Part shown: in pieces, positions 1 through 9,327 of the stretch
Layout: each line of letters opens with the position of its first letter
Position numbering within the stretch: the first letter of the stretch is position 1
From: Acidobacteriota bacterium
Lineage (GTDB): Bacteria; Acidobacteriota; UBA890; WLXD01
DNA length: 64,000 nt
Assembly (NCBI GenBank): GCA_965248695.1
Contig: CBDFKD010000002.1
Coordinates: forward strand, 3,584,001-3,648,000
Direction: 5' to 3'
The notes under the pieces: model-generated
Databases searched by the model: none
Told to the model about the DNA's origin: nothing
The model's input: only the letters and a program-made list of their open reading frames with translations
Translations under genes and position numbers: made by a program

Positions 1-2
1 CC

Positions 3-356
3 CTCACGGTCGGTTTCGCTATGGGTCTCTTCCGGCTCGCCGTCGACACGCCCGTGAAGCTCGGCCTTGCCGGCCTAGAGCGCGGCTACACCGAGGGCTC
101 CTTCTTCTGGATCGTCAACCACACGTTCTTCCAGTACTACAGCATCCTGATCCTGATCGTCTGTGCAGGTGCGATGGTCGCGGTGAGCTACGCGACGGCG
201 GAACCGGACTACCGGCGCATCAGCGGGCTGACGTATGGGACGCTCACGGAAGCGCAGCGAGCGGAGTCCCGGCGCAGTTGGACGCAGGGGGATGTGATGG
301 CGTCGGTCGGAGTGTTGGTAGCGATATTGGCGGCGTATCTGTATTTCAGCGGGTAG
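3..356 (+). CDS. Sodium:solute symporter (SSS family), C-terminal part, runs off window start
   Basis: Hydrophobic helices and typical SSS C-terminus (FFQYYSILIL...VSYAT..P...ISGLTYG...AYLYFSG). Confidence 0.8.
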   Translation, partial: LTVGFAMGLFRLAVDTPVKLGLAGLERGYTEGSFFWIVNHTFFQYYSILILIVCAGAMVAVSYATAEPDYRRISGLTYGTLTEAQRAESRRSWTQGDVMASVGVLVAILAAYLYFSG

Positions 357-372
357 CCGAAACAGCGCCAGC

Positions 373-510
373 TCAGCGAGACGTACTCACCGCGGCGAGC
401 GCGAGCTCCAGCTCGGCCTCCGGAAGAAACTCCGCAAGGCCACAACGAATCGTCTCGCCGTCACCGGATTCGGCCAGTTCGCGCAAGCGTCGGAGCTTGC
501 TTCCATTAGT
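373..510 (-). pseudogene. Possible 3' remnant of a CapD-like polysaccharide biosynthesis gene
   Basis: Minus strand reads KLRRLRELAESGDGETIRCGLAEFLPEAELE...*, resembling CapD C-termini; next to a glycosyltransferase fragment; short. Confidence 0.25.
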
Positions 511-612
511 GTGATGAGGCGCGCAGCGTATTGCGTATCATTGATGCTGTTCAAACCATGCTGGTAGATGAAGTCCCCCGACGTTCTACTCAACGGGCCA
601 CTCCAACAGAAC

Positions 613-913
613 ATGAAGATCGCTATCGTCATCCCCGACGGACTCTCCGCGACTCTTTTTTGCACCGGCATGATCCGCGCGGCCCGGGCGACCGATGGCT
701 GCGAAATAGCGGTTATTTCCGACGCTGCCGAGTGGGAAGCGGAGATCGAGCGACTCGGAGCCAAGAGCATCTCAGTGCCGATGTATCGTTTCTTCGGGCC
801 GTTGCGCGACTTTGCCTACGTCGGAGCGCTGACGCGCATCTTCCGCGAGGAGCAATTCGACGCCGTTGTCAACTTCTCCACGAAGCCTAACGTCTATGGT
901 GCGATCGTCGGGT
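613..913 (+). pseudogene. GT4-family glycosyltransferase, 5' third only, truncated by IS3
   Basis: MKIAIV...FDAVVNFSTKPNVYGAI; reading frame runs into the IS terminus TGACCTGACC at 914. Confidence 0.8.
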
Positions 914-1847
914 TGACCTGACCCCCGAAAACGGATCCGGATGTAATCTCACGATCTGGGTCAAGAACGGGAGGTCAGAATGCCGAGTAAGAGGCACAGC
1001 GCCGAGCAGATCGTACGCAAGCTCCGGGAGGCTGAGGTGGAGCTGGCTCGAGGGGCGACGGTCAAGGATGCCTGCCGCAAGCTAGCAATCACCGAGCACA
1101 CCTACTACCGGTGGCGGCGAGAGTACGGCGGACTGAAGCTCAACCAGGCCAGAAAGCTCAAGCAACTGGAGAAGGAGAATGCCCGGCTCAAGAGGCTGGT
1201 GGCGGAAAAGGAACTCGACCTGTCGATCCTGAAGGAAGTGGCGGAGGGAAACTTCTGAGCCCAGCTCGGCGGCGAGAGGCGGTGGCACATGTACGGGGGC
1301 GGCTGGGCGTCTCGGAGAGGCGGGCGTGTCGGGTACTGAAACAACCACGCACGACACACCGGTACGTGCCAAGAGAGCCGCAACAGGAGCAGATTTTGAC
1401 GGAGCGGATCGTGGATTTAGCCCGACAGTACGGGCGCTACGGATATCGGAGGGTGACAGCGTTGCTGCGCATGGAGGGCTGGTCCGTGAACCACAAACGA
1501 GTGCAGCGTATCTGGCGGCGCGAAGGGCTGAAAGTACCGAGAAAACAGCCCAAACGAGCACGGCTGTGGCTGAGCGATGGCTCCTGCATCCGGCTGCGCC
1601 CACAGCACCGGGATCATGTCTGGGCGTATGACTTCCTGCACCACCGGACGCACGACGGTCGGGCTATGAGGCTGCTGACGATCGTCGATGAGTACACACG
1701 AGAAAGCCTGGCGATCCATGTAGCACGGAAGCTCAACTCTGAGGACGTGCTGGAGCAGCTCGGGAGGTTGTTCGTACACCGGGGCATACCTGAGCACATC
1801 CGGTCGGATAACGGACCAGAGTTCACCGCCGAGGCGGTTCGCGACTG
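914..1847 (+). mobile_element. IS3-family element type A, copy 1, truncated by type B insertion
   Basis: Matches the start of the copy at 49647; IRL TGACCTGACCCCCG; breaks in codon W of AVRDW at 1847. Confidence 0.95.
980..1258 (+). CDS. IS3 transposase OrfA (HTH); OrfB follows by -1 frameshift but is truncated
   Basis: 92-aa OrfA; slippery GGGAAAC at 1246-1252. Confidence 0.9.
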   Translation: MPSKRHSAEQIVRKLREAEVELARGATVKDACRKLAITEHTYYRWRREYGGLKLNQARKLKQLEKENARLKRLVAEKELDLSILKEVAEGNF

Positions 1848-3119
1848 TGACCTGCCCCCCAATAATCGGGCCAGTCTGAGAGTTAGGATTTGAGGCTCTC
1901 AGGATGGCTCGGGAAGGGGGAAGAATGGGCGCGGAAGCGGTACACTGTAGAGCAGATCATCGCCAAGCTCAGGGAGGCAGAGATCGAGCTAGCGAAAGGG
2001 GCCAAGACACCGGAGGCATGCCGCAAGCTGGGAATCAGCGAGAACACGTATTACCGGTGGCGCAAGGAGTACGGTGGACTGAGGGTGGATCAGGCACGGC
2101 GACTCAAGGAGCTGGAGCGGGAAAACGGCCGGCTCAAGAAGTTGCTGGCGGAGACGATGCTCGACAACGCCATCCTCAAAGAGGTTTCGTCGGGAAACTT
2201 CTGAGCCCGGCACGACGGAGCCGGGCAGTGCACCACGCACAGCAGTCGTTGGGTGTGTCCGAGAGGCGAGCCTGCAGAGTACTGGGCCAGGTGCGCTCGA
2301 CGCAGCAGTATCGGCCCAAGGTGCCGCAGGAGGAGAAGGCACTGGTGGAGCGGATGACCCAGCTGGCGACGCAGTACGGGCGCTATGGGTACCGGCGGAT
2401 CACGGCGCTGTTGGTACGTGAGGGGTGGCGAGTGAATCACAAGAGGGTCGAACGGTTATGGCGTCGTGAGGGGCTGAAGGTACCGAAAAAGCAGCCCAAG
2501 CGCGGACGCTGGTGGCGCAATGATGGATCGTGCGTGCGGCTGCGGCCGGAGAGGAAAGATCACGTCTGGGCCTATGACTTCGTGCACGAACGAACTCACG
2601 ACGGGCGAGCGTTTCGTCTACTGACGATCGTGGATGAGTACACGAGAGAGTGCTTGGCAATCGATGTAGCACGCAGGCTCAACTCCGAGAACGTGCTGGA
2701 GCGACTCGCTGAGCTGTTCGTGAACCGGGGTGTTGCCGATCACATCCGCTCCGACAACGGACCGGAGTTCACTTCTCGGGCAGTGCGTGAATGGCTCGAG
2801 CGAATCGGTGTGAAGACGCTGTTCATTGAGCCCGGATCGCCATGGGAAAACGGCTATGTGGAGAGCTTCAACGGCAAGCTCCGAGACGAGCTGCTGAACG
2901 GCGAGATCTTCTACACGCTCAAGGAGGCGCAGTGCTTGGTGCACCGCTGGCGCCGCCAGTACAACCAGGTGCGGCCCCATAGCTCGTTGGGCTATCGACC
3001 GCCTGCACCCGAAGCGACGTTGTTGCAGCCGGCTACGCTCCGCTTCGCCAGCTCCAACAATCTCTTGCCAGTACCGATTCTATGAGTTACGAAGTGGCCC
3101 AAACACTTGGGGCAGGTCA
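1848..3119 (+). mobile_element. IS3-family element type B, copy 1 (1272 bp)
   Basis: IRL TGACCTGCCCCCCAATAATCGGGCCA and IRR (rc) TGACCTGCCCCAAGTGTTTGGGCCA; near-identical to 55932-57202; no flanking target duplication. Confidence 0.95.
1925..3085 (+). pseudogene. IS3 type B transposase with an extra G after the start codon
   Basis: ATGGGCGCG here vs ATGGCGCGG in copy 2; DDE core (WAYDF, SDNG, ENGYVESFN) intact. Confidence 0.8.
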
Positions 3120-4003
3120 CAGCGAGGAATGAATAGACAGCGTCGTTGTAGTAGGCATTGCCCCCATCGTAGAGCGAGGTGACGCCGTGGCTCACAAGGT
3201 AATCCAGAAAGGCGACGATACCCTCTTGGTTGGCCTCCTCGTCTACCTCAAAGAACTTCTCTCGATAGGGACGATAAGCGCTCTCCTTGACCCAGCCAGT
3301 AAGCTCGCCATCGGTGTCGCGTGCAAAGAGCGCTAGACCAGGCACGGGATCGAGCGTATGGCGATCGACACCCATCATTTCGAGCGCCTTCGAGTTGAGC
3401 CAAATACTGTGGCCAATATTGCTGCCCAACCAAACCGGCTGATGCGGCACGATCGCATCCAGATCTCTCTTGTGAGGCCCTTCCTTGCCGTTGCCGTATA
3501 GGTGCACTGGCCAGCAACACATCACGATCCAGGGCAGATCCGGGTTCGCCTTTGAATACGCCTCCACGGCAGCCAGTATGTCTGCCTTGTTGGTCCTCGG
3601 CAGCGTTCCCGAAGGCCCGCTGAAGCGGCCCGTTCCCCCGGGATGGGTATGGGCATCCACCAGCCCAGGAATAACCAGTTTCCCTTGCAGATCGTGACCG
3701 ACAGTTTCGCGGCCAACGAACCCCTGCACGCCCGCATCATCCCCCACATAGACGAGGTTTCCGCCTTTGATCGCAACGGCCTCGGCCCAGGGTTGATCGT
3801 CGTTCACCGTAAAGATCTTGCCCCCGTGCAAGACGCGGTCGGCAGGACCGTTGATACCGCCAGGCCCCGGCTGCGATGAAGGCTGACAGGCCAGCACGCT
3901 GAGGCTGGTCAACATGACACCCAGCACTCGCGACCAGGTCGTTACGAGCGGATGATGCTGCCCCTTCGTCCGCTTCAGCCCGGCGTCGGTGCGTTCGTTA
4001 TTG

Positions 4004-5366
4004 GGATGTGCCCCGAATGTCGTGGAAATTGGATGAGCGTCTCCTCCGCGACGACGGATGATCCTATCGGTTAGGCGGCCTGTTTGTCGGGGCCGCACGT
4101 GAGCTGAGCCAAGAACCGGTGGCCATCGATGCGTCGCATGCGGATCTGGCCGAAGGCGACCAGGCTCCACAGCAACGTCACCCCAGCGGCCTCGGTCGAG
4201 AACGAGCCCTGCGTCTTGGTACGACGACGGAACTCCCGGTTCAGGTTCTCGAGGGCGTTGGTGGTGCGCAGCGTCTTCCACATCGGCTTCGGGAACTGGT
4301 AGAAAGTCAGCAGGTTCAAGCCGGCCTCCTGCAGGCTCCGGGCCACGGCGGGCACGAGGGTCGACCACTTGCGTACGAAGGCGGCGTAGGCGGCTCTGGC
4401 CTGGTTGCCGTCATCGGCCCGGACGATCGCATCCCAGTCCCGCTTCATCTCCGCACGTGCATGAACCGGGCAGTGGTCGCGTAAGTTGCTCCACTTGTGT
4501 TGTGTGCACCGCTGCACCGACACATCGGGCCATACCTCGATCGCCTTGGCCAGGCCCTTGTGGCCGTCGGCGATCAGCACCTCCGGCGCCTGCAGCCCTC
4601 GTCTCACCAGCGACTCGATCAGTCCTTGCCAGTGCACCGCTGCCTCCGAGACCGCCAACTGCAACGCTACCAACACCTTCTGGCCGTCGGGCTGGACCCC
4701 GAGCACCGCCAGTACCGGCGCCGACACGACCCGCCTCGCCAGCCTGACCTTCAGATGGAACCCGTCCAAATACAGGATCCAGTACCGCTCGCCTGACACA
4801 TCTCGCTGTCTCCAGCGCTCGAAGTACGCCTTCAGGCGCCCCACCACCCTGGAGATCGTGCTCTTGGTCAGGTGCGCCTTGCCCAGCAGCGGAGAGAGCG
4901 CCTTGCGGATCCGCCGGGTGTTGGCTCCCGCCAGGTATGCTCCCAGGATCGCCTCGTCCACCTGCCGGGCTCGCCGTGCGTACCGTGGCAGGATCGCGCT
5001 GCGGAACTCTCGGGTGCTGCCGTCTTGCCCCACGATGCGCCCCCGCGGTATGTCCAGCTCCTGGAGCCCTTGGGCTGTCGTCACCCGACGCCTTTGGCTG
5101 CCGTTGCGGTAGCCTCGCCGCTGCCCGTTGCGCTCGTATCGGTCGCAACCCAGCGCCTCGGTGAGCTCCTCGTCAAGCGTCATCTGGATCGCCTCGCGGA
5201 TCCTGGTGCGCAACAGCGCCTGTACGTCCTGCCGGAACTCGACGAGCCCGGTTCCCTCCGTGCTAACCTGCTTCACGGCGTAGCCTCCTGCCGCTCGTGG
5301 CGGCTTTGTGTTTTTCCTACTCGGAGGTTACGCCATCTTTATTTCCACAGGACTCGGGCCGGATCC
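4004..5366 (-). mobile_element. IS256-family element
   Basis: Imperfect IRs GGAT....CCCGA.....GTGGAAAT; 8-bp target duplication CGTTATTG at 3996-4003 and 5367-5374. Confidence 0.93.
4071..5276 (-). CDS. IS256-family (Mutator) transposase
   Basis: GYRNG, LYLDG, IADG, QRCTQH, RTTNALENLNREFRRR motifs. Confidence 0.95.
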   Translation of the reverse strand: MKQVSTEGTGLVEFRQDVQALLRTRIREAIQMTLDEELTEALGCDRYERNGQRRGYRNGSQRRRVTTAQGLQELDIPRGRIVGQDGSTREFRSAILPRYARRARQVDEAILGAYLAGANTRRIRKALSPLLGKAHLTKSTISRVVGRLKAYFERWRQRDVSGERYWILYLDGFHLKVRLARRVVSAPVLAVLGVQPDGQKVLVALQLAVSEAAVHWQGLIESLVRRGLQAPEVLIADGHKGLAKAIEVWPDVSVQRCTQHKWSNLRDHCPVHARAEMKRDWDAIVRADDGNQARAAYAAFVRKWSTLVPAVARSLQEAGLNLLTFYQFPKPMWKTLRTTNALENLNREFRRRTKTQGSFSTEAAGVTLLWSLVAFGQIRMRRIDGHRFLAQLTCGPDKQAA

Positions 5367-5406
5367 CGTTATTGCTCATCACGTCCTCCAAGCTCTCTCC
5401 GCCGCC

Positions 5407-5800
5407 GGTGGCGTCGTCATGGCGTGCTACAACTCGATGGTCCCCTAACCACCCGGTTCGAGACCTTCGAGCACAACATCCGGGACCAGATGGGTCGGGC
5501 GCTTTCGGATGCCGGCTTCGATCCGGCCAGCGATATCCGGGCGATCACCGTCAACCGCTGGCCACACGGTTACGCTGGCGCCGGCAACGACCTCTACGAT
5601 CCGGACTGGTCGCACGATCAGGCACCCTGGATCCGGGGCCGCAAGCGCTTTGGGGCGCATCACGACGATCGCCAACTCCGAGGCGGCTGCCGTCTGTCTC
5701 ACCCAGGCTGCCTTCGACTCGGGGGCACCGGGCGGTTCAGGAACTCTTGAACGACGTCATCCGACCCGAGTTTCAGTATCCCTGGGCCGAACGTACCTGA
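5407..5800 (+). pseudogene. Remnant of a spermidine dehydrogenase-like flavoprotein (paralog of 34715-36700)
   Basis: VVMACYNSMVP then FETFE...VNRWPHGYAGAGND...VIRPEFQYPWAERT*, with an internal deletion and frameshifts. Confidence 0.88.
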
Positions 5801-5831
5801 GCGACGCCTCGGTTTGAGCGGTATGAGGCCG

Positions 5832-5860
5832 CCTGGCCGGGCGTGAAACGCCCGGCCAGG
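5832..5860. terminator. GC-rich hairpin between convergent genes
   Basis: CCTGGCCGGGCGT-GAA-ACGCCCGGCCAGG, perfect 13-bp stem, no U-tract. Confidence 0.6.
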
Positions 5861-5870
5861 GCAAGTCCGA

Positions 5871-8753
5871 TCAGAAGGAGACTCGTGCCCCTAACCGAAA
5901 CTGCCGCCCGGGCAGCAGTTGGGTTGATCGCCGGGGCGACCCGACCGCGGAGCCCCCTTCAACGATGAACGTTCGGTCGATGCGCCCTTCAACGCCGGTC
6001 GGGGAGAAGTCGTTGAGCATGTTGAATCCGTCGACCATCAACTCTAGCCGGCCATTACTCCCCATATTAAAGGACTTCGACAACCGCAGATCGAGCTGCT
6101 TATGCGAGTCCCACGTCCTGCTGCGGACCGGCTCGATGGCCGTAGAGCTGTAGGTGGCGGTGAGCAACTCGGGAATCCCCCTGCGTCCGTGCCTGATCGT
6201 GAGGTTCCATGGCCGACCCGACGAGAGGTTGAAGTACATACCCGCAAGGATGCCTCCGGGCAGCCTGTAGTTGCCCAGCACCTTCCAGCTCCACTTCCTG
6301 CTGAAGCCCAACGGACCAGACTCGGCGAACGAGTGGCCGTTGAAGTTCGGGTTGTTTGCTGCGTCGAAGCCCCCACCCCAGACGCTGTCGCCGTCGCGAT
6401 TATTAAACGTTCCCCTGTGGTTCTGCCAGGCGAGCGAGGTGCTGAAGTTGAGGCCGGAACCCGTTCGCCGTCGGTCCAGCGTCAGCATCACGATGTCGTG
6501 CGTCCGCTTATAGAAGTCGTCGTTGCTGCGGATGGGTTGCCACTCGCCGCTCGGCCTCGAATAGAGCGTTTGTGTCACCCCGCCGGGCACCACGGTTCCG
6601 TCCGCTAACGTCACGTCGGGGGAAGTGTATTCGAAGGGCGTGTACACATGCTCGAAGGTGTTCCTGTGTCGGAACATGTTGCGGTCATCTTTGTGGATGT
6701 AGTCGACCCCCGCGACCCAGTCTCTGGCGATTTCATACTGGAATCCGAAGTTGAAGACATCCGTGTGCAGCGACTTCAAGTTTGGGTCGAGCGGAAATGT
6801 AGCGGCGCTGACACTAGTCTGGTTTTCGAGTGTGAAAACAGCGTCTTGCAGCGCTAACAACTGCGCGTCGGTCGGATTGAACGGGTCGTAGTCGGCAGGG
6901 AAAAACCCGTCAGGTATCACGTAGAAGTACGACGAGTAGGGTTGGTATGGGTCCGAGTACCCGGTGCCGCTAGCGCCAGAGATGAAGCCGACGGTCATCT
7001 TCTCGAAGAAGCGCCCCCAGCTGCCATGCAGAACGGCACGGCCATTACCGCTCAGATCCAAGGTTGCACCAACGCGCGGCGCCAAGTTCTTGAACGTTAC
7101 CGCCGGGGGCCCCCCGGTTGACTTCCTGTTGAGTCTTTCGAAACCGTTCGTGCGGTCATAGCGCACCCCGAGGTTGAGGGTGAGGTTGTCGCTAGGGGTA
7201 ACGGTATCCTGCATAAAGGCTGAGCTGGATACGAGTTGGCCCTCGAGGCCAAAGTCGTAGACCGACCCGTATACGTACGAGCCATAGGTAAACATACCCC
7301 CGGCGCCGGTATAACCAGCAATCCAGTTGGCCCAGCTGTCCTTGTAGCCGAGGCCGACCTTGACGTCATGCGCGGCGCCCAGGAAGTTGTCGACGTACTG
7401 GGTCACCGATGCCGCGACCTCTTTGCGGGCGTTGTCCTCGTCCTCCAGGAAGCCCCGGGTGATCCTCCTCGAGCCGTTGTACCAGTAATCGGGTAGCTCG
7501 CAGCACACGAACGGGACGCGCAAGTAGTCCGCCTTATTGTGTGCGAGGCGGAAATCGCTGAAGGTGTTGTCGCCCCATTGGGATTGCCAGCTCAACAACA
7601 AGGTCGTGCTGCTGTAATCAGAATCCATGCCGACGGCGAGCGGCGAACCTGGTCGCAGGTCCTTATTGGACTCTCTGCCCGGATCATAGTTGATCATGAA
7701 ACCGAGCGTGTGGGAGTCGTTGAGCAGGTAATCCATCCTGCCGTGCAGTGTCCACCTATCGTTACCCTGCTGGGCATCTTCGACGGCGATCCCACCGTCC
7801 ACCCAGATCTGGTCGGCGACAACCGACTTGAGCGTTTCTTGACGGGCGGCGCTGGCAAAGAAGAGCGCCTTGTTGCGCACAATCGGGCCACCGATAGTGA
7901 CGGAAAGGTCGCGGTCGTAGGAGAACTTTCCGCGCTCGAGATCCACGATGCCGCGCGAGTTGTCGCTTCTCAGAGAGCCGTTCTGGAAGTAGAAAGCGCC
8001 GGTGCCATGAAACTCGTTGGTGCCCCCCTTGGTCACCAAGTTGATCATCGCGCCGGTGTAGTCGCTGTACTCGACGCTGGCGCCGATACCGACAATCTGG
8101 ATCTCGGCGATCGAATCCACGTTCGGGTTGACCCAGGCGGCACCCCATTCGTTTTCGGTGATGTCAACGCCGTTGAGCCGGTAGCCGTTAGTTGCGGCAC
8201 CGTGCCGATGCACGCTGGTGCCCTCGGCGTGGTTGCCGCCGGCGCCATAGGCTCCCTTGTCGGCGAAACCAGGGGCGAAGTTCGTCATGTCGGTGAAGTC
8301 ACGCGCCACCGGAACGTTTTCCAGCAGTTCCGCCGTGTAATTTATCGAGAGCGCTGCCGACTCGACGTCGATCAACGGCGTCTCGGAGACGACGGTGACC
8401 GTCTCTGAGACCCCCGCCAGCTCCAAACTCGCAATCACGGACGCGGTTGCGCCGACGTTCACCGCGACGCTGTACGCCATCGTCTGGAACCCGGTGAGCG
8501 AGACCGTCACGACGTACGTTCCCGGCCTGAGATTACGAAACCGGAAGGCACCCGCGAGGTCGCTTACCTGCGAGACAGATTCCTGGATGAGGTTGTCTCC
8601 CTCGATGGTGGCGGTGGCGCCGGGCAGCCCCGCACCATCCGCGTCCAGAACCTCCCCGACGATATTTCCGGTCGACCGGTCACCCTGCGCCATCACCTGC
8701 GCGGGGAGTATCAGGAGCATAACTACGGTCATGACGGCGAGCTTCGCGCGCAC
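5871..8753 (-). CDS. Oar-like TonB-dependent receptor with N-terminal carboxypeptidase-regulatory-like domain
   Basis: Signal peptide; GAFRFRNLRPGTYVVTVSLTGF; NLVTKGGTNEFHG; LNLGVRYD; APRVG; C-terminal F. Confidence 0.92.
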   Translation of the reverse strand: MRAKLAVMTVVMLLILPAQVMAQGDRSTGNIVGEVLDADGAGLPGATATIEGDNLIQESVSQVSDLAGAFRFRNLRPGTYVVTVSLTGFQTMAYSVAVNVGATASVIASLELAGVSETVTVVSETPLIDVESAALSINYTAELLENVPVARDFTDMTNFAPGFADKGAYGAGGNHAEGTSVHRHGAATNGYRLNGVDITENEWGAAWVNPNVDSIAEIQIVGIGASVEYSDYTGAMINLVTKGGTNEFHGTGAFYFQNGSLRSDNSRGIVDLERGKFSYDRDLSVTIGGPIVRNKALFFASAARQETLKSVVADQIWVDGGIAVEDAQQGNDRWTLHGRMDYLLNDSHTLGFMINYDPGRESNKDLRPGSPLAVGMDSDYSSTTLLLSWQSQWGDNTFSDFRLAHNKADYLRVPFVCCELPDYWYNGSRRITRGFLEDEDNARKEVAASVTQYVDNFLGAAHDVKVGLGYKDSWANWIAGYTGAGGMFTYGSYVYGSVYDFGLEGQLVSSSAFMQDTVTPSDNLTLNLGVRYDRTNGFERLNRKSTGGPPAVTFKNLAPRVGATLDLSGNGRAVLHGSWGRFFEKMTVGFISGASGTGYSDPYQPYSSYFYVIPDGFFPADYDPFNPTDAQLLALQDAVFTLENQTSVSAATFPLDPNLKSLHTDVFNFGFQYEIARDWVAGVDYIHKDDRNMFRHRNTFEHVYTPFEYTSPDVTLADGTVVPGGVTQTLYSRPSGEWQPIRSNDDFYKRTHDIVMLTLDRRRTGSGLNFSTSLAWQNHRGTFNNRDGDSVWGGGFDAANNPNFNGHSFAESGPLGFSRKWSWKVLGNYRLPGGILAGMYFNLSSGRPWNLTIRHGRRGIPELLTATYSSTAIEPVRSRTWDSHKQLDLRLSKSFNMGSNGRLELMVDGFNMLNDFSPTGVEGRIDRTFIVEGGSAVGSPRRSTQLLPGRQFRLGARVSF

Positions 8754-8831
8754 AGCATCTCCTCCGGGGCGACGCCTTCACCGTGGGCAATGCCGTCACC
8801 CGACTTCAAACAAGGCTAATTCTCAATTCGC

Positions 8832-8861
8832 TTACTAGCACTGCACCGAATCCGCTGTCAA
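8832..8861 (-). promoter_or_regulatory. Possible sigma70 promoter for the TonB-dependent receptor
   Basis: Minus strand TTGACA-18 nt-TAGTAA with extended TG, about 80 nt upstream of the start. Confidence 0.4.
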
Positions 8862-8910
8862 GGCTCACGTCAAGCTTCCACCAAATATGTGAAGCATCCC
8901 ACAAGCAGCG

Positions 8911-9104
8911 CTGGCCCAGATCGATCGCCACAACATCGCCGACCTGCGGGTCGCCTGGCGTCGCCCGGCGGTGGACCAGGCGTTCGAAGACGCCTACCCG
9001 GAGGTGCGGATTCCGAGCTACTTCCGGTCGCCCCGATCATGCTCGACGGCCTGCTGTTGGCGCCGAACGGCGTCGGCCTGCTGCGCGCCCTGGACCCTGG
9101 AACT
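8911..9104 (+). pseudogene. Fragment of PQQ-dependent (quinoprotein glucose dehydrogenase-like) gene
   Basis: LAQIDRHNIADLRVAWRRP...YFRS(P)PIMLDGLLLAPNGVGLLRALDPGT with one frameshift. Confidence 0.7.
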
Positions 9105-9327
9105 GTCGCCCGGCGCCCGATCATCCGTCGCGCCCGAAACCAGCACCCCGCCCCCAACCATCACCAGGAGCACTCGGGTTCCTTGGCTCTGGGAACACCT
9201 GGAAAATAATCCGGGATTTCCCAGATAACCCTTGTCGAGTCACGTTCCTGGCTTTGGTCAGTATCGGGACGCCTGGATTCAACCACCGATCGTTGCGCTC
9301 CTCAGACGGATCGCTTAGCCCGCGAGC

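Larger units (their letters stand above)
3120..5379 (-). pseudogene. Amidohydrolase_3 (YtcJ-like) lipoprotein, split by IS256 and 3'-truncated by IS3-B
   Basis: GGAGG then ATG at 5379; MSNNERTD... is rebuilt across the IS256 duplication; PGLVDAHTH motif; ends at IS3 IRR. Confidence 0.88.

Noticed and set aside
2992-4368. 458-aa ORF as an intact amidohydrolase
   Set aside because: Its N-terminus is IS256 DNA and its C-terminus is IS3 DNA
9189-9224. Imperfect hairpin CTGGGAA...TTCCCAG (also AGGTCTGCC/GGCAGACCT at about 48829-48853)
   Set aside because: Single-copy hairpins with no U-tract or family signature; possible terminators but unsupported
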